Assembly: GCA_018825925.1 (NCBI GenBank)
Contig: JAHKAT010000211.1
Coordinates: 1-31,283, forward strand
DNA from: Bacteroidota bacterium
Lineage (GTDB): Bacteria > Bacteroidota > Bacteroidia > Flavobacteriales_D > Crocinitomicaceae
Direction of reading: 5' to 3'
DNA length: 31,283 bases
The position numbers were made by a program, and so were the translations under genes. Positions 1-9,467 of this stretch are shown here, piece by piece. How positions within the stretch are numbered: the stretch's first letter is position 1; each line of letters starts with the position of its first letter. Under the pieces are notes generated by a model. That model made no database searches. It had not been told where the DNA came from and saw only the letters and a program-made list of their open reading frames with translations.

Positions 1-51
1 ATATTAATTTGTTTAACTTCTTTTATTTCGTTAATCATCTGAATTACAGAT

Positions 52-83
52 AAAAAAACACACCCGCCATATTAACGGGAGTG
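52..83 (-). terminator. Intrinsic terminator-like hairpin downstream of HU gene
   Basis: Minus strand reads CAC-T-CCCG-TTA-ATA-TGG-CGGG-T-GTG followed by T7. Confidence 0.6.
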
Positions 84-91
84 CAAAAATA
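84..91 (-). promoter_or_regulatory. Bacteroidota sigma70 -7 element (TATTTTTG) for a gene leaving the window to the left
   Basis: Matches TAnnTTTG followed by C; no -33 TTTG at canonical spacing. Confidence 0.45.
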
Positions 92-139
92 AGAATTATT
101 TTAATTATTTTCCAGTTGAATCAACTGAAGAATGCGAAA

Positions 140-430
140 TTATTTCACTTTGTTCTTCGTTTTCACCTCCTCAACAAAAGTTTTTGCTGGTTTAAAAGCA
201 GGAATGTTGTGAGCTGGAATCAGAATTGTCGTGTTCTTTGAAATGTTACGACCTGTTTTTGCCGCACGTTCTTTAACGATAAAGCTACCAAAACCTCTTA
301 AATAAACATTATCCCCTGCTGCTAATGAGTCCTTCACGCAAGACATCATAGACTCAACAGTTTTCAAAACCTCATTCTTCTCCAAGCCCGTTTCGCTTGC
401 GATTTTATTTACAATATCCGCTTTTGTCAT
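140..430 (-). CDS. HU/IHF-family DNA-binding protein
   Basis: 96 aa; MTKADIV N-terminus, VYLRGFGSF, RAAKTGRNI and PAFKPAKTF motifs. Confidence 0.95.
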   Translation of the reverse strand: MTKADIVNKIASETGLEKNEVLKTVESMMSCVKDSLAAGDNVYLRGFGSFIVKERAAKTGRNISKNTTILIPAHNIPAFKPAKTFVEEVKTKNKVK

Positions 431-474
431 TTTGTAATACTTTTGTTTGTAATTATCCTTGTAAAATCAGGGTG

Positions 475-482
475 CAAAAGTA
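475..482 (-). promoter_or_regulatory. -7 element (TACTTTTG) of HU gene promoter
   Basis: TAnnTTTG+C 44 nt upstream of ATG; TTG about 21 nt further upstream. Confidence 0.6.
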
Positions 483-540
483 TCAAACCTTGTTGACATA
501 AATCAAGTTATTTTTGCTTTTTTTTATTTTTTTTAGTTTT

Positions 541-1545
541 ATGTTACAACAAATCAAGACAATACTTCTAAAATGGTACTCTCAAAATCAACGAGAACTG
601 CCTTGGCGAACAACAAAAGACCCTTATTTTATTTGGTTGTCAGAAATTATTCTTCAACAAACCAGAGTTCAGCAAGGACTCTCTTATTATCAATTGTTTA
701 CTGAGAAATTTCCTACGATTTTCGATCTTGCAAATGCCGATGAACAAACTGTTTTAAACACTTGGCAAGGCTTAGGTTACTATTCAAGGGCCAGGAATTT
801 ACATGCAACTTCTCGCATTATTGTCCATCAATACAAAGGAGTATTTCCATCTAGTTTTGAAGAAATAAAATCGTTGAAGGGTATAGGGAATTATACTGCC
901 GCTGCAATAAGTTCTTTTGCCTTCGACTTGCCTTATGCCGTTGTGGATGGAAATGTCTACCGTGTGCTGAGTCGTGTTTTTGACGAGGATTCACCTATTG
1001 ATTCATCTGCTGGACAAAAATTATTTCAAAATTTAGCAAATAATCTACTCAACACCTCTTTTCCGGCTAATCACAATCAAGCCATTATGGAATTCGGAGC
1101 TTTACAATGTGTGCCTGTAAATCCCAACTGCGACATCTGTGTTTTAAATCAGCACTGTTTAGGGCGCCAAAACAATAGAATCAATGTTCTCCCTGTGAAA
1201 GAAAAGAAAACAAAAGTGTCGAAAGTACAAATTGACTATTCTATTCACTTCGATGAAAATAAAATATTACTCAGGAAAAGATTGGGTAAAGGAATTTGGC
1301 AACATTTATACGAATTCCCGCATTGCATAGACATGCCCAAAGACCCTCCTGTTTTCAGTGAAACACATTTACTTTCCCATCAAAAACTTACTCTTAATTA
1401 TTATCGAAACGTAAACAATACAATAGCCTTTGAAGAAAATGGTCTAGAATGGGTAAATATTAAAGACCTAGAATCATACCCCAAACCCAAGCCAATTCAA
1501 TCATTTATAGATAATTACTTAGATGAATTAAATTCTGAAAATTGA
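541..1545 (+). CDS. mutY: A/G-specific adenine glycosylase MutY
   Basis: RELPWR, WLSEIILQQT, GLGYYSRARNL, HhH GIGNYTA, VDGNVYRVLSR and 4Fe-4S C-x6-C-x2-C-x5-C motifs; ATG at 541 preferred over ORF-track start 514. Confidence 0.95.
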   Translation: MLQQIKTILLKWYSQNQRELPWRTTKDPYFIWLSEIILQQTRVQQGLSYYQLFTEKFPTIFDLANADEQTVLNTWQGLGYYSRARNLHATSRIIVHQYKGVFPSSFEEIKSLKGIGNYTAAAISSFAFDLPYAVVDGNVYRVLSRVFDEDSPIDSSAGQKLFQNLANNLLNTSFPANHNQAIMEFGALQCVPVNPNCDICVLNQHCLGRQNNRINVLPVKEKKTKVSKVQIDYSIHFDENKILLRKRLGKGIWQHLYEFPHCIDMPKDPPVFSETHLLSHQKLTLNYYRNVNNTIAFEENGLEWVNIKDLESYPKPKPIQSFIDNYLDELNSEN

Positions 1546-1560
1546 ATTCTGAATTCATTT

Positions 1561-1593
1561 TTTGGCTTTCACAAGGTCATTCTCCTATATTTG
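1561..1593 (+). promoter_or_regulatory. Consensus Bacteroidota promoter for ssb-gldE-gldD-folK
   Basis: TTTG (1561-1564), 21-nt spacer, TATATTTG (1586-1593), 14 nt before ssb ATG. Confidence 0.75.
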
Positions 1594-1607
1594 TAATAAA
1601 ATAAATA

Positions 1608-2054
1608 ATGGCTGGAAGCGTAAACAAAGTTATTCTTATCGGAAATTTAGGGAAAGACCCCGAAGTTCGGAAACTTGAAAGCGGAGCAACTGTGGCCAAT
1701 TTTTCTGTTGCTACATCAGATAATTACACGGATAAAAGTACTGGCGAAAAGAAAGAAATTACTGATTGGCACGACATCGTGGTTTGGAGAGGACTTGCCG
1801 AAGTAGTAGAGAAATATGTGCGAAAAGGAATGAAGGTCTATATTGAAGGCCGTTTAAAAAAACGATCTTGGCAAGACAAAGAAGGTCAAACGAGATATAC
1901 TACCGAAGTTTTAGCCGATAACCTCACCATTTTATCTCGCCCTGATAATCAAGAGCGAAGTAATCTGCCCAATTATTCGTCACAAGATACCCCGCCAGCG
2001 CCAAGCAAGATTGATGAATTGCTTAATGACGACCCTAACGATCTTCCATTTTAA
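1608..2054 (+). CDS. ssb: Single-stranded DNA-binding protein
   Basis: [25 protein letters not shown], acidic C-terminal tail ending DLPF. Confidence 0.97.
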   Translation: MAGSVNKVILIGNLGKDPEVRKLESGATVANFSVATSDNYTDKSTGEKKEITDWHDIVVWRGLAEVVEKYVRKGMKVYIEGRLKKRSWQDKEGQTRYTTEVLADNLTILSRPDNQERSNLPNYSSQDTPPAPSKIDELLNDDPNDLPF

Positions 2055-2063
2055 TTATATCAC

Positions 2064-3440
2064 ATGGACGAATCGATGCCCCAACCCATTATTGACCCTC
2101 TGGTCACCTTTTTACAAAGTGGATTTGCAAGTAACGACTGGATAAGCCTGTTTGTTGTTTTTATTTTACTAGCTTGCTCAGCTCTTATTTCAGGTTCAGA
2201 AGCTGCGTTTTTTTCCTTAAGTCCCGCCGAAAAAGATTGTCTCAAAGTAGATGAATCTAAAAAAGGTAAAACAGCACAAAACTTATTAAAAAAACCACAA
2301 GAATTACTAGCTACAATACTAATAGTCAATAACTTTGTCAATGTAGGACTTGTAATCTTGTCAAGTGCTTTGTTACAAAAGATCTATCCACCTGCCCCTG
2401 GAAATGAAACAATAAGATTGGTGGTTGAGATTTTTTCTATCACCCTTACCCTCTTATTGATTGGGGAAGTTATTCCGAAAATTTACGCCACAAAAAACGC
2501 ATTGAAATTCTCGCTTTCAATGTCGGGAACTCTCTTCAATTTAAGTAATTTACCGCCAATTTCTTGGTTGAAATCATTTTTAGTTAACGGCTCCAATATT
2601 ATCCACAAAAAAGCGAAAAGAAAAGGTATAAAAATCTCTTCGGATGAATTGGAACAAGCCTTAGCACTGACTAAAGAGGATCACACATCCAAAGAAGAGC
2701 ATAAAATTCTTGAAGGTATAGTCAAGTTTGGCAACACTGAAGTTTGCCAGATAATGCGCTCAAGAATGGACGTAGTAGCCCTTGAAAACGACCTAAAGTT
2801 CACAGAAGTAATGAACATCATTTTGAATAGCGGTTACTCAAGGATTCCTGTGTTTAAAGAAAGTTTTGATGATGTTATAGGTATCTTATTTGTTAAAGAT
2901 TTACTTCCCTATTTGAATCAAACTGAAAACGAAGAATTTAATTGGATCAGATTAATTAGAAAGCCATTCTTTGTGCCTGAGAATAAAAAAATTGACGACC
3001 TTTTAAAAGAATTTCAAGGTAAAAAAGTCCATATGGCGGTTGTCGTTGATGAATATGGTGGTTCAAGCGGGGTTTGTACGCTGGAAGATATTTTAGAAGA
3101 AATCGTAGGAGATATCACCGATGAATTTGATGCAGATGAAATTGCTTTCACAAAAATTGATGATCGAACATATATTTTTGAAGGCAAAACTGCATTGGTG
3201 GACCTTTATAAAGTAATAGACATTGACGGAAGAGAATTCGAATCCAACAAAGGTGATGCTGATAGTATCGGTGGTTTTATTGTAGAAAATGCAGGGAGAA
3301 TTCCACGAAACAATGAATATATTGACATTGACTCATTTAGATTGATTGTGGAATCTTCAGACAAAAGAAGGGTTAAACTCGTTAAAGTTATTTGTCCTTT
3401 AGATGAAACCCCTGTAACGATTATTGGAACAAATGAATAG
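2064..3440 (+). CDS. gldE: Gliding motility-associated CNNM/CBS/CorC-domain membrane protein GldE
   Basis: SALISGSEAAFFSL, GEVIPK, CBS pair (GYSRIPV, VVDEYGG, LEDILEEIVGDITDE), CorC domain; directly upstream of gldD. Confidence 0.9.
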   Translation: MDESMPQPIIDPLVTFLQSGFASNDWISLFVVFILLACSALISGSEAAFFSLSPAEKDCLKVDESKKGKTAQNLLKKPQELLATILIVNNFVNVGLVILSSALLQKIYPPAPGNETIRLVVEIFSITLTLLLIGEVIPKIYATKNALKFSLSMSGTLFNLSNLPPISWLKSFLVNGSNIIHKKAKRKGIKISSDELEQALALTKEDHTSKEEHKILEGIVKFGNTEVCQIMRSRMDVVALENDLKFTEVMNIILNSGYSRIPVFKESFDDVIGILFVKDLLPYLNQTENEEFNWIRLIRKPFFVPENKKIDDLLKEFQGKKVHMAVVVDEYGGSSGVCTLEDILEEIVGDITDEFDADEIAFTKIDDRTYIFEGKTALVDLYKVIDIDGREFESNKGDADSIGGFIVENAGRIPRNNEYIDIDSFRLIVESSDKRRVKLVKVICPLDETPVTIIGTNE

Positions 3441-3441
3441 T

Positions 3442-4023
3442 ATGAAGATTTTAAGTCTCGTTTTAATTTCCTTATTTCTCGCTGGCGCTTTTTCATGCTC
3501 TGGCGACAATAACTTTATTCCTAAACCGCCTACTTATTTAAAATTAGATTTACCCACTCCAAAGTACATTTCTTTTAGCGATTCTTGTCCTTATACATTT
3601 GAAATACCAAGTTTTTATTCATTAAAAACTGTCCTTGCTGGTGAGTGTCATAAAGATATAGACCTTGGTCCTTTAAATGGTGTTATTCATTTTTCGTACA
3701 TCCCCATGGTAGAGCCGCTTTCAGCCTACGTGAACTACTCGATAGATAAAGTTGACGAACACAAGATAAAGGCAACCGCAATCAATGACACTCGATTTAT
3801 TGATACTGCCCATCATGTTTTTGGGACTTTGTTTGAATTAAAAGGAGACGTAGCTTCTCCCTTTCAGTTTTATTTAACTGATTCGACAAAAAATTTCGTG
3901 AGTGGCGTTGTTTATTTCAATAGTCAACCCAACTATGATTCTTTAAAACCTTCTTTGGACTATTTAAAAAAAGATTTACTCCATATGATTGAAACTTTCA
4001 GATGGAAAAAACAGCAACCATAG
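3442..4023 (+). CDS. gldD: Gliding motility lipoprotein GldD
   Basis: Lipobox AFSC; PKPPTYLKLDLP, GDVASPFQFYLTDS and PNYDSL motifs; ATG 3442 (or 3433) preferred. Confidence 0.9.
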   Translation: MKILSLVLISLFLAGAFSCSGDNNFIPKPPTYLKLDLPTPKYISFSDSCPYTFEIPSFYSLKTVLAGECHKDIDLGPLNGVIHFSYIPMVEPLSAYVNYSIDKVDEHKIKATAINDTRFIDTAHHVFGTLFELKGDVASPFQFYLTDSTKNFVSGVVYFNSQPNYDSLKPSLDYLKKDLLHMIETFRWKKQQP

Positions 4024-4514
4024 TTTATATAGGTTTAGGCACCAACATAGGCAATAAACCTCAAAATCTTTTTGACAGCATCAATTTTATTGATCAACGA
4101 ATAGGAAGGTTAGTAAAATCGTCAAATTTTTATTCCACGCCACCTTTTGAAATGCAGAGTAAGAATGACTTCTGGAACGCCTGCATCCAGATAGAAACCT
4201 ACTTGAATCCATTCGAAATTTTAGAAGAAATACAGAAAATAGAGCAAGATATGGGTCGAGCGGCTAAGTCCATCAATAAAAATTACCAAGATCGGATCAT
4301 AGACATTGACCTCTTGTTTTTTGGAAATGAGTGCATTGAAGACCCAAAGCTAACCCTTCCTCATCCTGAATGGCAAAATAGACTCTTCGTTTTAGTACCA
4401 CTAAATGAACTGATCGACCGTTTAAATATTTCTGGAAATTGTCACCATTTAGCCAAACTTATTAACAAACTTGGGTCTCAAGCCATTCCAAAACAGGAAT
4501 TAAAGTTTTTTTAA
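4002..4514 (+). CDS. folK: 2-amino-4-hydroxy-6-hydroxymethyldihydropteridine diphosphokinase (HPPK)
   Basis: YIGLGTNIG, RIIDIDLL, LTLPHP and RLFVLVPL motifs. Confidence 0.92.
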   Translation: MEKTATIVYIGLGTNIGNKPQNLFDSINFIDQRIGRLVKSSNFYSTPPFEMQSKNDFWNACIQIETYLNPFEILEEIQKIEQDMGRAAKSINKNYQDRIIDIDLLFFGNECIEDPKLTLPHPEWQNRLFVLVPLNELIDRLNISGNCHHLAKLINKLGSQAIPKQELKFF

Positions 4515-4599
4515 ACAAATTGTAATTCACAAATACTTGCTTTAAACCAATTTTTTTTTGTTAATATTGCATTTCATTTGAAGAAATTAATAAAATAAT

Positions 4600-6294
4600 A
4601 TGAAAAAACAATCTCTAACAGGCTTAGCTTTCTTAGCTCTAACAGGTTCGTTAATAACAAGTTGTGACCTACTAAAAGACCTTGAGTATACTGTTACACC
4701 TTGTCCGCTTGAGTTACATGGTGACTCCGTTCGTGTGAAAATCGATGTTGATTTTCCAGAAAAAGGAATTCGTAAAAAAGTTAGAGCTGAAATTCAACCG
4801 ATGTTAGGTGATGTGGCTCTTAAGCCAGTTACCGTTCAAGGTGAAAAGGCTACTGGCAACGGTTCTGTTGTTCAATTCAAAGCAGGAGGAAAAATCTCTT
4901 ACTACGATGTAGTTCAGTATCAATCTTCATTTGAAAATACAGAATTAAACATTACTGGTAAAGTTTTTAAAGGAACAAAAGAAAAAGAAGAATTAGGTCC
5001 TATCAAAATTTGTGATGGAACTGTAATCACTCCATTATCAGTAAGCAAAGATTTCAAAGTAATTATGGAGAAGGACAACTTCAAAAGAGTTACTGAGCAG
5101 TCTTACAACGCTATGATTAACTTTGAAAAAGGGAAATCAGTTGTACGTCCAGGTGAGTTGAAAGATAAAGATATTATCGACTTAGCAAATTGGATGAAAA
5201 ATGCTGAAGGGAATGCAAAAATCAAAATTAACTCTATAGACGTTATTGGTTATGCTTCTCCTGAAGGTGAAGAAGACAAAAACAACACTTTGTCTACTGA
5301 CCGTTCAACTAGCGCTAAAGATGCAGCAATGAACTTGGCTAAAACTTCAGGTAACAAAATCGGACAAACTGAAATCTACAAATTAGATGGACGTGGTGAA
5401 GATTATGCTGGATTTAAAGTTGAATTGGAGAAGTCTTCAATGAACACAGACGAGAAAAACTTGGTGATCCGAGTATTAGAAATGCATAAAGATCCAGCAA
5501 CTCGCGAAACTGAAATGCGTAACATGGGTAAAACATTTAGCTATTTAGATGCTAACATCTTCCCTAAATTACGTCGTTCTGAAATCAAAGTTAACTACGA
5601 GAAAAATGGTTATTCTGACGAAGAATTGAAAACGATTGGTTCTGCAACTCCTGAGAAATTAGAATTAGAAGAGTTATTGTTCGGAGCAACTTTAGTTTCT
5701 GACATGGATACTAAATTGAAAATGTACAAAGCTGCTCAAGCGAAGTACCCAACTGATCACAGAGCTTATAACAATGCAGGTGGTATCTTATTCATGCAAA
5801 ACAAAATGGCTGATGCTAAAGCGATGTTTGAAAAAGCAAACAACATGAAAGACAACGCTATCGCTAAGAATAACTTAGGTGCAGTAGCTGGTGTTCAAGG
5901 AAATCGTGCTGAAGCAGTTAAATTGTTAGCGCAAGGAAAAGGTTCTGGTGCTGAAAATGGTTATAACTTCGGTATCTACAATGTATTGGATGGGAAATAT
6001 GCTGAAGCAGTTTCTAACTTCGGTTCTGAGCCTTCTTACAACAAAGCATTGGCAACAATGTTGAATGGTAGCCCAGAAGCAGCAATCAAAACTATCAACG
6101 AATCTGTAGACAAAGAAACAGCAAGAGGTTACTACCTTAAAGCAATTGCTAATGCTCGTTTGAACAAAGCTGGTGAAATGGCTTCAAACTTGAAAACGGC
6201 AATCGATAAAGATTCTTCAATGAAAGCGAAAGCTGCTAAAGACATGGAGTTTTTCAAATTCAGAGAAGATAGCGCTTTTATAGCTTTGCTATAA
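4600..6294 (+). CDS. Lipoprotein with OmpA-like peptidoglycan-binding domain and C-terminal TPR repeats
   Basis: Lipobox ITSC; GYASPEG...N..LS..R OmpA_C-like motif; Ala/Asn/Tyr-rich TPR helices (RAYNNAGGILF, AKNNLGAV). Confidence 0.75.
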   Translation: MKKQSLTGLAFLALTGSLITSCDLLKDLEYTVTPCPLELHGDSVRVKIDVDFPEKGIRKKVRAEIQPMLGDVALKPVTVQGEKATGNGSVVQFKAGGKISYYDVVQYQSSFENTELNITGKVFKGTKEKEELGPIKICDGTVITPLSVSKDFKVIMEKDNFKRVTEQSYNAMINFEKGKSVVRPGELKDKDIIDLANWMKNAEGNAKIKINSIDVIGYASPEGEEDKNNTLSTDRSTSAKDAAMNLAKTSGNKIGQTEIYKLDGRGEDYAGFKVELEKSSMNTDEKNLVIRVLEMHKDPATRETEMRNMGKTFSYLDANIFPKLRRSEIKVNYEKNGYSDEELKTIGSATPEKLELEELLFGATLVSDMDTKLKMYKAAQAKYPTDHRAYNNAGGILFMQNKMADAKAMFEKANNMKDNAIAKNNLGAVAGVQGNRAEAVKLLAQGKGSGAENGYNFGIYNVLDGKYAEAVSNFGSEPSYNKALATMLNGSPEAAIKTINESVDKETARGYYLKAIANARLNKAGEMASNLKTAIDKDSSMKAKAAKDMEFFKFREDSAFIALL

Positions 6295-6317
6295 TCTGAG
6301 CAATCTCAAATTATTTC

Positions 6318-6351
6318 AAAAGGCTTCGAATTATTTCGAAGCCTTTTTTTT
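6318..6351. terminator. Bidirectional intrinsic terminator between convergent genes
   Basis: AAAAGGCTTCGAA-TTAT-TTCGAAGCCTTTT with T8 on plus strand; overlaps the stop codon of the minus-strand gene. Confidence 0.85.
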
Positions 6352-7278
6352 GTGCAATTGATTTAAATAAATCTGTTCGTATTGTCCGGCCGTTGGATAA
6401 TTCACCATTTCAAAACCCAAATACTGTTGATCCAAAAAAGTGCTATATCCTCCTCTAGAATGAATTATTCGAGATTGCACCAGTATGTTGTCCAAAAGAA
6501 CTTGTTCGAGGCTAGAGATTACCTCTACGCTCGAATTTTGGGGTACTCTATAGTTTTCATTCACTCCAATCAACTTTGAGTCACTATCACTCCAATCTAT
6601 TTGCTTCTCAAACTGTGCTAGTAATTGCGAGCGAAAAGGCTCTGGACCAGTCAGTAAATAGGTAATGAATTTTTTATCTTTTGAAGACTTGTTTTCAAAC
6701 CGACTCGGCCATCCTACAAAAAACAATTTCATTGGAGGTGTTTTCCCAACAGCTGTCATTTTTCCCGATAACAAACTCTGCTCATTGTCCAACAACCAAA
6801 TTTCATCAAATCTCAAAACCGCCTTGTGATGCATCTTATTTACAAGACAATTTAATGAAGGGGTGATATAATTCAATTGATGGGTTATAAAAACTGACTT
6901 TATATTTTTAGAATGCAAACCATAAATGTGGTCTGAGAGAATCAAATCAATTTTATGTGCTTTAATCAAAGCTTCTGCTTTTTTTTGCAAATCCTTTAGT
7001 TGATTTTTCCATTTGGGATACTTCAATAAGATTTCCACTCCAAAAGAATTCAACCCATTAAAATCTACCGAAAAGCCCTCCCAAACTTGAGACGAATAGG
7101 GCGATAAGTACGTTTTTAGCTGATTTAACTGTCTGTTTGTTCCAATAATATGAATTTGATTGTTTTGATTTTGTAAAACCTTTAAAATTGGAATACTCCT
7201 CATTAAATGACCATCTCCCCAATTTAATGCGACAAATAAAATCTTTCTCTCAGAAATTGGATATGGTAGACTAAACAT
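6331..7278 (-). CDS. GT-B glycosyltransferase (GT28 C-terminal-like / MurG-related family)
   Basis: N-terminal WGDGHLMRS, C-terminal SRGGYST and PTAGQYEQ motifs. Confidence 0.7.
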   Translation of the reverse strand: MFSLPYPISERKILFVALNWGDGHLMRSIPILKVLQNQNNQIHIIGTNRQLNQLKTYLSPYSSQVWEGFSVDFNGLNSFGVEILLKYPKWKNQLKDLQKKAEALIKAHKIDLILSDHIYGLHSKNIKSVFITHQLNYITPSLNCLVNKMHHKAVLRFDEIWLLDNEQSLLSGKMTAVGKTPPMKLFFVGWPSRFENKSSKDKKFITYLLTGPEPFRSQLLAQFEKQIDWSDSDSKLIGVNENYRVPQNSSVEVISSLEQVLLDNILVQSRIIHSRGGYSTFLDQQYLGFEMVNYPTAGQYEQIYLNQLHKKKASK

Positions 7279-7388
7279 CGTTAATGTTGGTTAAAATTCT
7301 TCGGAAAAACACCAAAGAAACCTTTTAATTTCAAAACGTTCCAAATCAGTTTCAATAAATTTCTAATTTTATGTACAAAATTGAAAAA

Positions 7389-8054
7389 ATGGACAAAAAC
7401 GAATTTACAAAATATGCTACTAAGCACATGGGTATTAACAGTACCTATTTAGGGCATTACATAGAATCATCAATGACTCCTTACATTATTGAGGAACGTC
7501 CGATGAACATGACTCAAATGGACGTGTTTTCTCGTTTAATGATGGATCGTATAATTTTTTTAGGAACAGGAATAAACGACCAGGTTGCCAATATTATTAA
7601 TGCTCAGTTATTGTTTTTAGAGTCAGTAGACCCTAAAAAAGACATTCAAATTTACTTGAATTCTCCAGGAGGTTCGGTTTATGCAGGATTGGGTATTTAT
7701 GATACTATGCAGTTTATCAAGCCGGATGTAGCAACAATTTGTACTGGTATGGCAGCTTCAATGGGCGCTGTATTGATGTGTGCAGGTGCAGCAGGTAAGC
7801 GTTCTGCCTTAAAACATTCACGAGTTATGATTCACCAACCCTTAGGAGGCGCACAAGGTCAGGCATCAGATATCGAAATCACCGCAAGAGAGATTCAAAA
7901 GTTGAAAAAAGAACTTTATGAAATTATCGCTCATCATTCTGGACAGACTTACGAAAAAGTTTGGGAGGATTCTGATAGAGATTATTGGATGACCGCAGAA
8001 GAGTCGAAAGCGTACGGTATGATTGATGATATCTTGGTTAGAAATCCTAGATAA
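7389..8054 (+). CDS. clpP: ATP-dependent Clp protease proteolytic subunit
   Basis: DVFSRLMMDRIIFLG, LNSPGGSV, catalytic Ser (AASMG), His (MIHQP), Asp (RDYWM); start 7389 or 7371. Confidence 0.97.
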   Translation: MDKNEFTKYATKHMGINSTYLGHYIESSMTPYIIEERPMNMTQMDVFSRLMMDRIIFLGTGINDQVANIINAQLLFLESVDPKKDIQIYLNSPGGSVYAGLGIYDTMQFIKPDVATICTGMAASMGAVLMCAGAAGKRSALKHSRVMIHQPLGGAQGQASDIEITAREIQKLKKELYEIIAHHSGQTYEKVWEDSDRDYWMTAEESKAYGMIDDILVRNPR

Positions 8055-8069
8055 TTTTTATATTTAATT

Positions 8070-8102
8070 AAGAAGACCAACCTAGCCGTTGGTTTTCTTT
8101 TT
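8070..8102 (+). terminator. Intrinsic terminator after clpP
   Basis: 12-bp stem AAGAAGACCAAC/GTTGGTTTTCTT (one G-U), 6-nt loop, T-tract. Confidence 0.7.
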
Positions 8103-8116
8103 CTGTAAAATATCAT

Positions 8117-8124
8117 TAACTTTG
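8117..8124 (+). promoter_or_regulatory. -7 element (TAACTTTG) of a separate clpX promoter
   Basis: Exact TAnnTTTG just after the clpP terminator, 48 nt before clpX ATG. Confidence 0.6.
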
Positions 8125-8172
8125 TCGCTACGGGTCGTTGGTGTATGCCAAGGACCTTTTTATTTTGAAAAC

Positions 8173-9396
8173 ATGAAGAAAGATACAGGGTGTTCCTTTT
8201 GTGGAAGAACAAGAAATGAGGTTGGGATTTTAATAGCTGGTGTTACAGGCCATATCTGTGATGGATGTATTACCCAGGCGCATGCAATTATAAAAGAAGA
8301 AGAACATAACTTACCTAAATCAAGTAATTCTGTTGTAAATATTCTTAAGCCAAAAGAAATTTTAGAAAAATTGAATGATTATGTCATCGGTCAGATGGAT
8401 GCGAAGAAGGTTCTTTCCGTGGCTGTTTATAATCATTACAAAAGACTAAATCAAGTTGCTAAATCCGACGATATTGAAATTGAAAAATCGAATGTTATTT
8501 TAGTCGGTAGAACTGGTACGGGTAAAACTTTACTTGCAAAAACCATTGCAAAAATGCTCAATGTACCATTCTGTATTGCCGACGCTACCGTACTAACAGA
8601 AGCGGGATACGTTGGTGAAGATGTGGAAAGTATTTTGTCACGTCTCTTACAAGCAGCAGATTACAATGCCCAAGCGGCTGAACAAGGAATTGTTTTTATT
8701 GATGAAATTGATAAAATCGCTCGAAAAAGTGACAACCCTTCAATTACAAGAGATGTTTCAGGAGAAGGGGTTCAACAAGCTTTATTGAAATTATTGGAAG
8801 GGACTGTTGTTAATGTTCCACCACAAGGAGGAAGAAAACATCCAGAACAAAAAATGATTCAAATCGATACTCGAAACATACTATTTGTTTGTGGTGGTGC
8901 TTTTGATGGTATTGAGAAAATTATATCCAATCGCGTGAACCGTCAGACCATTGGTTTCGCGACTAAGAATGAAGAAAACATAGATCAAGAAACAATTCTA
9001 CGCTATGTAAATCCTACCGACATCAAAACTTTCGGTTTAATACCTGAATTAATTGGACGTTTCCCTGTGTTAACTTACTTGGAACCATTGGATGCAGCGA
9101 GTTTAAAACGAATTTTAACAGAGCCTAAAAATGCTATTGTAAAACAGTACATAAAGCTTTTTGATATGGATGGTATCAAGTTAACTTTTGACGCAAATGT
9201 TTTGGATTTTGTGGTTGAAAAAGCAATCGAATTTAAGCTAGGTGCTCGTGGTTTACGATCTATCTGTGAAGCAATCTTAAACGATGCGATGTATGAATTG
9301 CCTTCAGATAATTCAACAAAAAGCTACAAGCTAACTTTGGATTATGCCATGAGCCAATTCCAGAAGTCAAAAATGGCTAAATTGAAAGTCGCTTAA
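8173..9396 (+). CDS. clpX: ATP-dependent Clp protease ATP-binding subunit ClpX
   Basis: Zn finger CSFC...CDGC, Walker [33 protein letters not shown] loop, GARGLR; ATG 8173 preferred over 8089. Confidence 0.97.
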   Translation: MKKDTGCSFCGRTRNEVGILIAGVTGHICDGCITQAHAIIKEEEHNLPKSSNSVVNILKPKEILEKLNDYVIGQMDAKKVLSVAVYNHYKRLNQVAKSDDIEIEKSNVILVGRTGTGKTLLAKTIAKMLNVPFCIADATVLTEAGYVGEDVESILSRLLQAADYNAQAAEQGIVFIDEIDKIARKSDNPSITRDVSGEGVQQALLKLLEGTVVNVPPQGGRKHPEQKMIQIDTRNILFVCGGAFDGIEKIISNRVNRQTIGFATKNEENIDQETILRYVNPTDIKTFGLIPELIGRFPVLTYLEPLDAASLKRILTEPKNAIVKQYIKLFDMDGIKLTFDANVLDFVVEKAIEFKLGARGLRSICEAILNDAMYELPSDNSTKSYKLTLDYAMSQFQKSKMAKLKVA

Positions 9397-9467
9397 TTTA
9401 AAGAGGGAAAGTTTCAGGCCTTATTCTGTAATTCTGTCGGCTTGGTTGAACCACTGACCGTAACCTT

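Noticed and set aside
1-38. Possible start of a minus-strand gene (MINEIKEVKQIN...)
   Set aside because: Only 12 codons are visible; it cannot be identified or supported as a CDS.
4551-4559. T9 tract in the promoter spacer of the TPR/OmpA gene (possible phase variation)
   Set aside because: A/T8-9 runs occur several times in this AT-rich window (e.g. 20714, 29032), so there is no specific evidence.
7279-7388. No trigger factor gene upstream of clpP-clpX
   Set aside because: Loss of tig linkage is a common rearrangement and is not informative alone.
9397-9467. GAGGGAAAGT and a bulged hairpin (GTCGG-CT-TGGT-TGA-ACCA-CTGAC) between clpX and trmB, superficially like RNase P RNA
   Set aside because: The gap is only 71 nt, far too short for RNase P RNA; the hairpin has no U-tract and is likely just a shared 3'-end structure.
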